64,000 nucleotides of DNA from NCBI GenBank assembly GCA_965223295.1, contig CBDCWC010000003.1, positions 1,696,001 to 1,760,000 on the forward strand, read 5' to 3'. The translations under genes and the position numbers were made by a program. This stretch comes from Nitrospirales bacterium. Its GTDB lineage: Bacteria > Nitrospirota > Nitrospiria > Nitrospirales > UBA8639. Below, piece by piece: positions 48,271 through 57,219 of this stretch. The notes beneath the pieces are model-generated. The model made no database searches. It saw only the letters and a program-made list of their open reading frames with translations, and was not told the origin of the DNA. How positions within the stretch are numbered: the first letter of the stretch is position 1; each line of letters begins with the position of its first letter.

Positions 48271-50676
48271 GTGGATAGAGAATCCAACGTTTCCATGTCC
48301 GACATCGTGTACTCCAACAAATACGAAGTTCGACAAGAGATTGCTCGGGGAGGAATGGGGATTGTCTATAAGGCATGGGATCGCATGCTTGAGCGTACCA
48401 TTGCCTTAAAAGTGATCCACCCGAATTTAGCGGACGACTCGGCCTTTGTGAAGCGTTTTTTTAACGAGGCGCGGAAAATGGCGCTTCTCCACCATCCGAA
48501 TATCATTCAAATTTTTTCTGTTGAGCGGGATCAAGATATTCCATTCTTGGTCATGGAGTATTTCCCAGGGGTAAATCTGAAGACCTATCTTCAGCAGAAC
48601 AGGCCTCTTGACGTCCATGCGGCTATCAGTATCGTTTCTCAAGTAGCCCATGCCCTGAGTTTTACGCATCAGAAAGGCATTATTCACCGGGATATCAAGC
48701 CTGCCAATATTTTGCTCGATGATGTATTGATGGTGAAACTCACTGATTTTGGTATTGCGAGAGCTTTTGGCGATGCCGCACAGACGGTTGCTGGACAATT
48801 ACTGGGAACGGTGAAATACCTATCTCCCGAACAAGCACGTGAAGACCATTTAGATGGCCGTTCGGATCTGTATGCTCTGGGGATGCTGTTTTTTGAATTA
48901 CTCACCGGGACTAACCCGCGGAGTGATACCACGACAGTTGCCATCTTGAGCAAGCTCGTGGTCGAAGGGCATGTGCCTGAATTGCATTTTCCAACCAGTC
49001 TTAATATTCCTTATGGCATTCAAAAGATCATCTGGGATCTTCTTCAATTCCGGCCTGAGGATCGAATTCTCAATGCAGAAACTCTCGTAGAACGTCTGAA
49101 GCATTTTTTGCCTGTTCAAACCACACAGATGGATTCTAACGCGGACCATACTACTGAAACCGTTACCCTTAATTTGAAGCACTCTCAAGGTCTTGGACAT
49201 GCACAACATGGTATGCCAAATTTCACTGATCTTTCTTCAGGTTCCCAGGGGAACATGTTTCAAAATGAGCCAATCCGCAAACCTCTAGAAGCGTTACCAA
49301 GTAAGGAGAGTAGAGCCTCTCGCTCAGGTGAACAGCAAGGTGTAGTTTCGTTAAGGACTAAATATGCTGTCTCTTCTTTTGCACTTTTCTTACTTTTGGC
49401 TCTGGGAGGAACTGGTTGGTTCTATTTCCAAAGTCAAATAGCAGAGGTCCACCTTGAAAATACCCCTCAAATTGCCAAGAAATCTGACAGACAAATTTCT
49501 TCGACTGGGGGCATTGTCCTTGAACGATCGATCTCGAATGTAGAGGTTCACGATAAGGATGTTTCACAAAGTTCACGTAAAGACACTATAAACGTATCTC
49601 CAGTCTTTCCTGCTCCAGAGAAATCCCGGAAGATGGAAGCCTCTTCTAGACAGAAACTTTCTTCAGCGCAGAATATCAATCAAGCAATTTCTTCATCAGT
49701 TCATCAAGAGGTTGATCCATCAACCTCTTCTTCCGTTTCATCTGGACTTGATGCTTCTGCAATAACAGTCCCAGAAAAGGCAACGCCATCTCATCCAGAG
49801 ATCACGGCTTCAACGCAGTCACTGGCAGAGACCAAGCCAACTGATAACGAAAAGGCCAATGTCGTACCAGAGCCAAACCTAGAAGTAAGCATCCCTGATG
49901 AACCCTCATCTGTGGAGTCTACAGCTACGCTTCCTGAGCCATCCACAAATACAATCCAAGAAGAGTGGGCCAAACCTTCTTCTGAGAACTTAGCTGTACT
50001 ACCCTCAGCCGAAGAGGCAAGTTCCTCTAGCTATGAAACGACTAGTGTCGCGTCAGCGCCAAACCTAGAAATGAGCACCTCTGACGAGTTTTTATCTAAC
50101 GACTCGGAGTCGGCACTTCCGGATGAAGTTACCGACGCAACCAAGAAGGAAGAAGTAGAATCTTTTTCTGAGGACTTGGCTTTATCACCCTCATCCGGTG
50201 AGGCAAATCTTCCTAGCGAGGCAAAGGTCTCTATTTCGACAGATCTCAATGAGGAAGTGCCCACTGGGCCCTTATCTCAAGAAGATTCACATCCCGCATT
50301 CTCCGAGGAGGAGGTAGAAGATAGTCAGGGAACTATCCTAGCTCATTCTTCTCAGAAAACCCTGGAATCAGACCTCCGCCTTCACGTTGAACAATTGCAA
50401 CAGGCCATCATTCAGAAAAATTGGGATACGCTGGAGCGTATTAGTTTAATGTCTGAGTCCCGTCGCATCTGGTTAACGACACTATATAAAAAGTATGAAT
50501 CGGTCCAAATCGATATAGCCCAAATCCAAACAGAATCAACGCAAGGCAGGGCAGTCATTCATTTTACCCAAGGTATTCGCCCGAACGGTGAAATCGTTAT
50601 CCCCAATAAAATAGGTCGAATCATTAAAGTGAGTATTCAAAAAAATGGGGACCAGTGGGGACCGATTATTTGGTGA
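48271..50676 (+). CDS. Transmembrane Hanks-type Ser/Thr protein kinase with long acidic linker and C-terminal NTF2-like domain
   Basis: GGMGIVYKA, IALK, HRDIKPANI, DFGIA, GTVKYLSPEQ, SDLYALG; one TM. Confidence 0.93.
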   Translation: MDRESNVSMSDIVYSNKYEVRQEIARGGMGIVYKAWDRMLERTIALKVIHPNLADDSAFVKRFFNEARKMALLHHPNIIQIFSVERDQDIPFLVMEYFPGVNLKTYLQQNRPLDVHAAISIVSQVAHALSFTHQKGIIHRDIKPANILLDDVLMVKLTDFGIARAFGDAAQTVAGQLLGTVKYLSPEQAREDHLDGRSDLYALGMLFFELLTGTNPRSDTTTVAILSKLVVEGHVPELHFPTSLNIPYGIQKIIWDLLQFRPEDRILNAETLVERLKHFLPVQTTQMDSNADHTTETVTLNLKHSQGLGHAQHGMPNFTDLSSGSQGNMFQNEPIRKPLEALPSKESRASRSGEQQGVVSLRTKYAVSSFALFLLLALGGTGWFYFQSQIAEVHLENTPQIAKKSDRQISSTGGIVLERSISNVEVHDKDVSQSSRKDTINVSPVFPAPEKSRKMEASSRQKLSSAQNINQAISSSVHQEVDPSTSSSVSSGLDASAITVPEKATPSHPEITASTQSLAETKPTDNEKANVVPEPNLEVSIPDEPSSVESTATLPEPSTNTIQEEWAKPSSENLAVLPSAEEASSSSYETTSVASAPNLEMSTSDEFLSNDSESALPDEVTDATKKEEVESFSEDLALSPSSGEANLPSEAKVSISTDLNEEVPTGPLSQEDSHPAFSEEEVEDSQGTILAHSSQKTLESDLRLHVEQLQQAIIQKNWDTLERISLMSESRRIWLTTLYKKYESVQIDIAQIQTESTQGRAVIHFTQGIRPNGEIVIPNKIGRIIKVSIQKNGDQWGPIIW

Positions 50677-50854
50677 CGCTTTTTTCATCCTTGTAACTAC
50701 ACTGACAGATGAAGTAGTCAACAGGTTCTTCCATAGGAAGGAAAAGGCATGGTTTGTGCAAAGTAGAACTAACCTTACTCGGTAATATTGACAGAAAGGT
50801 TCCATACAGCTTTCGACTTTTATTGTTGTTTTCGTCTTTGCAAGGAGGTTTATC

Positions 50855-51637
50855 ATGCGATTTCATACATTATGCATTCTCTTGATTCTGTTCCTGAGTT
50901 CTGCCTGTTCGCAGATGTATTCTTCGCTTTCTGGGCCTTCAAATGAAATGGGATTTCAAAGGTTACAAACAGCGCAAAAGAATTTAGAACCTGGGACGGT
51001 CATCGCGTTTGAGGAATCTGGAGAAGGAAGGACAGCTGTCACTCCAATCTGCTGGAAGCATCAGGCATTTCCTCGACTGCTTTCACCTCAATCAGATCCT
51101 GAGGGCGCGGTAGACTGGAAAAGAGAAGTCGATGGTTGGGTAGACCTTGAACCGGAGTATTTAGACGTTCTTCAAGTAAAATTTCCTGAAGTCCAAGATA
51201 TTCAACTGCTTCCTCGTCATGCTTCGGTTTCTCAGTATTCGGATAAAGCGTTGTCTGAAGCCGTCGAAACCCGTTCACAGCCTTGCCGTGATGCCATTGC
51301 GGCACGTGAAGCGAATGGTGAAACCGTGTATACGGTCGTCAAAGTCTTAACCGCGGATATGACGTATAGGGTGGTCGGTGTGGAACGGGGCCGTATGACC
51401 GGGAAACTTCCCCATTTACTACTTGAGCGATTGAAATCTGAACTTGGAGGCACTTCGGTCAGTACGTTTAACCAAACTATTAGTGGGTCCAGACTTCCTA
51501 TAGCTTTCCAAGCAGATATTATTGATTCAAAGAGCGTCCCTTCCTCTACAACGAAGGATGAGCGTCAGTCGATGATGCAAAAAGTGGCGATTTTAGCTGA
51601 TAGTACCTCTGATGCAGACCGTCTTCAGAAAAAATGA
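50855..51637 (+). CDS. Lipoprotein of unknown function; possible gasdermin-like fold
   Basis: LSSAC lipobox; NLEPGTVI, DIQL..ASVSQY, VYTVVKVLTAD, RLPIAFQ motifs (CDS likely, fold call tentative). Confidence 0.6.
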   Translation: MRFHTLCILLILFLSSACSQMYSSLSGPSNEMGFQRLQTAQKNLEPGTVIAFEESGEGRTAVTPICWKHQAFPRLLSPQSDPEGAVDWKREVDGWVDLEPEYLDVLQVKFPEVQDIQLLPRHASVSQYSDKALSEAVETRSQPCRDAIAAREANGETVYTVVKVLTADMTYRVVGVERGRMTGKLPHLLLERLKSELGGTSVSTFNQTISGSRLPIAFQADIIDSKSVPSSTTKDERQSMMQKVAILADSTSDADRLQKK

Positions 51638-52026
51638 AAGTGGCAAATTTACATCTTTAGTTTTTTCAGAACAATAAGAGTAAAGGTAATGTGGTGGATC
51701 AGCTGGGAATTATTTTTGCAAGTTTTCTGGCTATAGGATTTTCCCATGAAGTCAAAAAGGCATGCGTCTTAGTCAGAGAGGGAAAGTTAAGAAGTGTTGG
51801 CTGCATGAACATTTCAATTTTTAACGAAGGCATTGCAAATTCTTAGAATACTCGATCAATGTAATTTTCAGATTGCAAGAGCTAATAAGCAAGCCTAGAA
51901 GTGGGAACACAGAAAAATGCACTCCGTATTCTCTGTCTCCTGCCTTAAAGTTGAGCAGATTTTATCGCAGACAATGATTTAGAATTCGAAAATTCGTTAT
52001 AAGGTTTTTGGAGAAGGAGGTAGATC

Positions 52027-52914
52027 ATGAGAAAACATCAAAGAGGTTCTAATCATATGTATAGTATCTACGTTTCATCAAGAATATGGTTGCGAGTAGC
52101 TCTCATAACCTCTGTTGGTTTTCTAATTTTCCAGTTTGGGAGTAGTCTTCCAACTACCTTTGCGAATGGAGAGAGCGGAGCTGTGGATTGGGCATCTGGA
52201 TTGATTCAAGCGACAGGCATTGGCGTTCCCCCTGACAATGCGAAGAGCGCGACGCAAGCTCGAGCAATGGCTAAGCGTGCGGCTCAGGTTGTGGCTCTTG
52301 GGCGGCTGTTAGAAATTATCGAAGGGATTCAGGTTGACTCAACGACTGTAGTGAAGAATATGATTTTGGAGAGTGACGTGGTGAAGACGAATGTGCAGGG
52401 GTTGGTGAGTGGGGCAAGAGTGGTTAAGGAGACTGCTTTTCCTGATGGGGCTTATGAAGTGACGTTAGAGATTAACTTGGCGAGCGTACAACAATCTTTC
52501 AGGCCTGCCACCGCTCCGGCTCCACCGGCGATTGAATGGAAGGCAGCTCCTCCTTCCCCGATTCCTTCTGATGATGGGAGCTACACAGGACTTCTCATTA
52601 ATGCAGAGGGGCTCAACCTTAAAGAATGTCTCAATCCAAAAATTGTGATGGAAGATGGGCAGGTCGTCTACTCTCAGGAACACGTTGATGTGGAAATTCT
52701 AGGAGATCGCCACGTGGCTGGGTATGTGAAAGGGGTGGAAAATGCGAAAGGCCATGAGCGGGTCAAGGCTAAACCTATTATGGTGAAAGCCGTGGGCCTT
52801 GCCAAAGGCAGTCAGACTGATTTGGTTATCCAAGATGCTGATGCGCAGTTACTCCACATGGATCCTAAACATTTGGGTTTTTTAAAAAAGGCGAAGGTTG
52901 TGATTGCTTATTAA
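52027..52914 (+). CDS. LPP20-domain secreted protein
   Basis: IQATGIG, AKRAAQVVA.GRLLEII.GIQVDSTTVV, YTGLLINA.G. Confidence 0.8.
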   Translation: MRKHQRGSNHMYSIYVSSRIWLRVALITSVGFLIFQFGSSLPTTFANGESGAVDWASGLIQATGIGVPPDNAKSATQARAMAKRAAQVVALGRLLEIIEGIQVDSTTVVKNMILESDVVKTNVQGLVSGARVVKETAFPDGAYEVTLEINLASVQQSFRPATAPAPPAIEWKAAPPSPIPSDDGSYTGLLINAEGLNLKECLNPKIVMEDGQVVYSQEHVDVEILGDRHVAGYVKGVENAKGHERVKAKPIMVKAVGLAKGSQTDLVIQDADAQLLHMDPKHLGFLKKAKVVIAY

Positions 52915-52975
52915 CTTGGCCCTGTAAAGAAAAGCCATCATAATAAAAAAGTGGAAATTATATTGATTCCTATTC

Positions 52976-53878
52976 GTGTATCTCATGAGTCTCACTATGT
53001 TTAAACTTTCACCTGCTCTACTTTTTCTTTTTCTATTGTTGTGTATTCCTGTCTTGGTTTTTGGAACAGAGTTAGTACCTGTTGAAGGGCAGTATTGCTA
53101 TCAATATGGAGATGATGAGTCCGTGACTATGGCCAAGAAAAAGTCATTAGCCCTTGCACGGGAAGTGGCTGTGAGTAACTTTAAAGTGTGGGTAGAGGTC
53201 AATACCACCGTCAAAGACTTTGAGTTAGAAAAAGATTGGGTTGAGACGATTGCTGTTGGCATGTTACGGGGAGAAACTCGACAAGTTCACAAAAAAGTTC
53301 AAGAAATTTGTACGACTGTGAAGGCCAAGATTGACCCGCAAGAAGTCGATGCGCTTATCGCGCAGCGAAAAAAACAAAGTACGATTAAAGCACAAATCAT
53401 GAATCAGATGTCTAGCTCTGCCTTTGGCCTGAAAGTTTGGCTTGATAAACCTGATGGCCGATATCTTGAAGGGGATTATTTAGTGATTAGAGTCCAATCT
53501 GAACATGATGCGTACTTAAAGCTTGATTATTTTCAAGCTGATTGTCAGGTGATCCATTTAGTTCCTAACCTGTTCCGTCAGCAAGCATTTATCAAGAAAG
53601 GTGCCATCTATACATTTGGTGACAAAAACTCTCTTGAACGATTTAGAATTCAGGGTCCGTTTGGTGACGAAGTGATTAAAGCCATAGCCAGTAAAACGCC
53701 TTTCCCCGCCTCTCAAATTTCTCCTGAAACGGTGAGTCATTGTGAGCCTTATGTGGAGACGCTGGAGCGGGGCCGTACTCGAGGGATCGTATTAGAATCC
53801 AATTTGGCAAGTACCGAAGCGTCCATTTTTACGGCTAGTCTAAAGAAGTTTGAACATCAACAAGCTGTCACAAAGTGA
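52976..53878 (+). CDS. Secreted protein with FlgT-N/LPP20-like and DUF4384 domains
   Basis: AKKKSLALAREVAV; VWLDK..Y.EGD.L.I.V.SEHDAYL..LVPN..F.IQGPFG.E.IKAIAS. Confidence 0.75.
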   Translation: MYLMSLTMFKLSPALLFLFLLLCIPVLVFGTELVPVEGQYCYQYGDDESVTMAKKKSLALAREVAVSNFKVWVEVNTTVKDFELEKDWVETIAVGMLRGETRQVHKKVQEICTTVKAKIDPQEVDALIAQRKKQSTIKAQIMNQMSSSAFGLKVWLDKPDGRYLEGDYLVIRVQSEHDAYLKLDYFQADCQVIHLVPNLFRQQAFIKKGAIYTFGDKNSLERFRIQGPFGDEVIKAIASKTPFPASQISPETVSHCEPYVETLERGRTRGIVLESNLASTEASIFTASLKKFEHQQAVTK

Positions 53879-53934
53879 TTTCTGCAAGATAAGCCTATCA
53901 AGGGATAGGATTTTCCTCAGTGTAAAAAATCAAT

Positions 53935-54636
53935 TCATTTGAGGCATTGTTCGATCAAAGAATGTTGGCTGTCATTTTGGCCAAACGAGATGTCTTGTAC
54001 ATAGCCTTTCTGGTCAAACAGGATTGAGGAAGGTGTGCCTTGTAGAGAGAAGCGCTCAAACGTTTCGGCTTTCATGGTTTTTTGTTTGAGGTAGTTTCTG
54101 ACTTGAGAACATACCGTCTGTTTTTGTTCTTCGGCTAACTCATCAAAATTTGGCAGGCATTCTTGCGCATAACTCTTCACCCGTTCTGGAGTTACTGGTT
54201 CGGCATTTGGCACAACTCGATCCATCCCGACTGGGAAAGGCAAACGCCATTCGAGCTTGCCATCGGTGAGCATTCCACGTTCAGTCAGGACTTGGAGCGT
54301 TTCTCCAATTACCTCGCCTGTATGAATCAATCGCCTCAAATTTTCCAAAGTATTTTTGTCATAGTCCTCAAAGGCGGTTGCTAATCCGAAGACGACCAAG
54401 CCCTTCTCTCTGTAGTTCTCATGAAGTCGTATAGCTTGGGGTAGGGCATAGAGAAAGCATCCTGGGCAGTTCACTTGAAACACTTCTACCAAAACGACGG
54501 ATCCAACAAGCTCCTCAAAGTTGATTGCTCCACCTTGCACCCATTGGTCTACTGATATATCTGATAGAGAATAGTCGTTCACGTGTTCTAAAAGAAAAAG
54601 CCGTCCGCGCTCGTGCGCCAACGGCCTTTCGTTCAA
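53935..54636 (-). CDS. Thioredoxin-fold redoxin (TlpA-like)
   Basis: VLVEVFQVNCPGC, GLATAFED, LQGTPS. Confidence 0.85.
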   Translation of the reverse strand: MNERPLAHERGRLFLLEHVNDYSLSDISVDQWVQGGAINFEELVGSVVLVEVFQVNCPGCFLYALPQAIRLHENYREKGLVVFGLATAFEDYDKNTLENLRRLIHTGEVIGETLQVLTERGMLTDGKLEWRLPFPVGMDRVVPNAEPVTPERVKSYAQECLPNFDELAEEQKQTVCSQVRNYLKQKTMKAETFERFSLQGTPSSILFDQKGYVQDISFGQNDSQHSLIEQCLK

Positions 54637-54653
54637 TCTTTCAGATCAACTAT

Positions 54654-54896
54654 TTAAGATTTTTTCACGTAGGCTTTGTAGATAGTTTTCTCGCCACCAG
54701 GCTCTTCTTCTAGTCCGACCCATTCGTGGCCAGTGGTTTCACACCAGGCTGGCATATCTTTTTTGATACCTTCGTCATCAGATGCCACTTCCAATACTTG
54801 TCCTGAGACCAGTTCTTTAATTTTTTTAGATGTTAAAATGATTGGCATTGGGCAGAAATATCCGAGTGTATTGAGTTTGACATCGGCTGGTATCAT
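54654..54896 (-). CDS. tusA: TusA-family sulfur carrier
   Basis: LGYFCPMPI, GQVLEV.SDD, DMPAWC. Confidence 0.9.
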   Translation of the reverse strand: MIPADVKLNTLGYFCPMPIILTSKKIKELVSGQVLEVASDDEGIKKDMPAWCETTGHEWVGLEEEPGGEKTIYKAYVKKS

Positions 54897-54928
54897 AGGA
54901 GTCCTTCTTCGTCTTTCAGTTTCGTTAA

Positions 54929-55459
54929 CTAAATGAATAAATTCACAGAGCCCTTGCGTGCTTCAGCAAGATAAGTGCTCACGCCGGCGAGTTGGTCGAC
55001 GCCATCAATCAGGGTGTCTTTTGAAATGCCTAACATGCCTAATGTGGTGGTGCAGGCAATCAATTGCACGCCAAGGTCTTGAGAGGTTTCGAGAAGTTCA
55101 GCAATGCCAGGCATGCGATTGTTCTGCATGACCTTCTTCATCATGGAAGAGCCGAGCCCTCCAAAATGGAACCGCGAGAGAGGTAAATTGTCGGCTCCGC
55201 CTTTGTTGATCCACCCAAAGGCGCGGCGCATCCAGTCTTTGGCGGAACTCGTGGATTCAGGTTTGCGAATAATATTGAGGCCCCAAAAAGTGAAGAACAT
55301 GGTGACTTTCATCCCCATGGCAGCGGCGCCGGTGGCAATGATGAAGGCCGCCATGGCTTTATCCATGTCGCCACTCAAGACAACAATAGTGACGCTATCG
55401 GATTTAGATTCTTTGAGCTCAGCAAGGGCTGTGGCGGGCTCAAGGGTTGGAGTGTTCAT
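54929..55459 (-). CDS. DsrE2/DrsH-family sulfur relay protein
   Basis: SGDMDKA.AAFIIA.GAAAMG..V.MFFTFWGL, IACTTT. Confidence 0.9.
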   Translation of the reverse strand: MNTPTLEPATALAELKESKSDSVTIVVLSGDMDKAMAAFIIATGAAAMGMKVTMFFTFWGLNIIRKPESTSSAKDWMRRAFGWINKGGADNLPLSRFHFGGLGSSMMKKVMQNNRMPGIAELLETSQDLGVQLIACTTTLGMLGISKDTLIDGVDQLAGVSTYLAEARKGSVNLFI

Positions 55460-55693
55460 TGGTATCCCCTTTGGTTATCGGCTATGACAGAATTCTAGGT
55501 GCATGACATAGACATGGTCTTCATTCTACTAGATTTGTGACAGGAAAATACCATGTTCTCGATTCTTCTTGGAGAGCCTCTCTTAATTTTAGCGAGAAAA
55601 TCTTTGAAAATTAGTTAGTTCGACTATAATATGTGATTTTTTGGGGTGTCAAGGAAGGCTCTAGGTTGCTTCGCGGGAGGGATGTGAGAGCTA

Positions 55694-56605
55694 GTGGAAC
55701 GTCGACTTGTAGAAAGTGTTCCGAATATTAGTGAGGGACGCGATCATGACCTCATTGCAAAACTCACTCAGAGCATTCAGTCTGTCCCAAGCGTGGCGTT
55801 ACTGGATGTGCATGTAGATACAGATCATCATCGTTCCGTGTTCACGATTGTGGGTGAGCCCGGGGCCATGTCCGTGGCTCTGTTTGGACTCATTCAACAA
55901 GCTCAACAGCTCATTGATATTCGGTGTCATCAAGGTGAACATCTCAGGATTGGCGTGGTGGATGTGGTCCCCTGGATTCCACTCCAGGGCGTAACCATGG
56001 ATGAGTGTGTGGCCCATTCCAACAGACTGGGTAAACGAGTCGGGCAAGAGCTTGAGATTCCGGTCTTTTTGTATGAAGAGGCGAGCGTTCTATCGTCCAG
56101 AGTTCGGTTGGAAGCTATTAGGCGGGGAGGGCTGCCTGCATTAGGAACCCGTATGAAAACCGAGGCAGGCTGGCGACCGGATTATGGTCCACCAATGATT
56201 CATATGACGGCCGGAGCCATCGTGATCGGGGCACGTTTTTTTCTTATTGCTTTTAATGTGGTGCTTCATAGCAGTGATGTGAACGTGGCAGATTTTATTG
56301 CCAAATCCATTCGTTCTTCCAGCGGAGGGTTGCCTTCGGTGAAGGCCATGGGGGTGCCACTGCATTCTCGAAATTTGGTGCAAGTGTCCATGAATCTGAC
56401 AGATTATCGAAAAACCTCTTTGCGTCAGGCGTTTCAGTTTGTTCAGAAAGAGGCTCATCGTCACAATATTGAAATTCTTGAAAGCGAAATTGTGGGGCTG
56501 GTTCCCCAAGCAGCCTGGGATCAAGAGATGTTCCGTGATCTTAAGTTGCGGACAAAAGAGGCCGATTTACTTCTAGAGCCTCGCCTCAACAATTGTTCGA
56601 TATGA
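55694..56605 (+). CDS. ftcD: Glutamate formiminotransferase (FT domain only)
   Basis: ESVPNISEGR, DHHRSVFT, H.RIG.VDVVP, GARFFLIAFN, QVSMNL, SEIVGLVP. Confidence 0.92.
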   Translation: MERRLVESVPNISEGRDHDLIAKLTQSIQSVPSVALLDVHVDTDHHRSVFTIVGEPGAMSVALFGLIQQAQQLIDIRCHQGEHLRIGVVDVVPWIPLQGVTMDECVAHSNRLGKRVGQELEIPVFLYEEASVLSSRVRLEAIRRGGLPALGTRMKTEAGWRPDYGPPMIHMTAGAIVIGARFFLIAFNVVLHSSDVNVADFIAKSIRSSSGGLPSVKAMGVPLHSRNLVQVSMNLTDYRKTSLRQAFQFVQKEAHRHNIEILESEIVGLVPQAAWDQEMFRDLKLRTKEADLLLEPRLNNCSI

Positions 56606-56673
56606 GAAATTCATGGAATGTAAGTTATTCCGGGAGTCTTGTGAAAGTTCTAACGATTACTTAGGAGGTCAAT

Positions 56674-57111
56674 ATGAATGCCGTCGCTGAAGGACGTACC
56701 GCGTTGCGAGAAAGCAAATTTGGGCATTTAACGGTCGGGTCCATTATGGAAATGGAAGTGCAAAGTGCCGAGAAGGACACCAAAGCAGAAGTCTTGGCGT
56801 CTTATATGATGGAAGGGTTCGGTTCCGTGCCTATTGTGGATACGAATAACAAATTGTTGGGTATTGTATCAGAGTTTGACCTTTTGGCTGCGCTTCGCAA
56901 GGGGAAAAAGTTGGAAGATGTCACCGCAGGAGATATCCTGACTCCAAATCCCATCTCCGTCACCAAGGATACCGATGTGATGACGTTGGTTGATGTCCTG
57001 CAAAACAATCATCTCATTCGTGTACCTGTTTTAGATAATCTGGGTAAGTTGATTGGAATTGTGGCTCGTCGAGATCTACTTCGGGGCTATCTGCAAACTT
57101 CGGGGAGTTGA
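56674..57111 (+). CDS. Tandem CBS-domain protein
   Basis: VPIVD..KLLGIVSEFDLL; RVPVLD..LIGIVARRDLL. Confidence 0.92.
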   Translation: MNAVAEGRTALRESKFGHLTVGSIMEMEVQSAEKDTKAEVLASYMMEGFGSVPIVDTNNKLLGIVSEFDLLAALRKGKKLEDVTAGDILTPNPISVTKDTDVMTLVDVLQNNHLIRVPVLDNLGKLIGIVARRDLLRGYLQTSGS

Positions 57112-57219
57112 AGCTCCCCGAAGAGTTGTGCTACTGCATATCCTCACCGTGTTGGGGCTCTTCATTTCTTAAATTTCTTGAATCGGTACTTCTTCTTATT
57201 GAAGTCTTTGAGATAAGAG

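Noticed and set aside
50745-50760. sigma-54 promoter AGGCATGGTTTGTGCA before the 50855 lipoprotein
   Set aside because: Spacing is right but both boxes deviate and no operator is nearby; left uncalled.
53935-55459. DsrE2-TusA-redoxin cluster as a novel sulfur system
   Set aside because: A widespread known sulfur-relay module; no distinguishing partner genes here.
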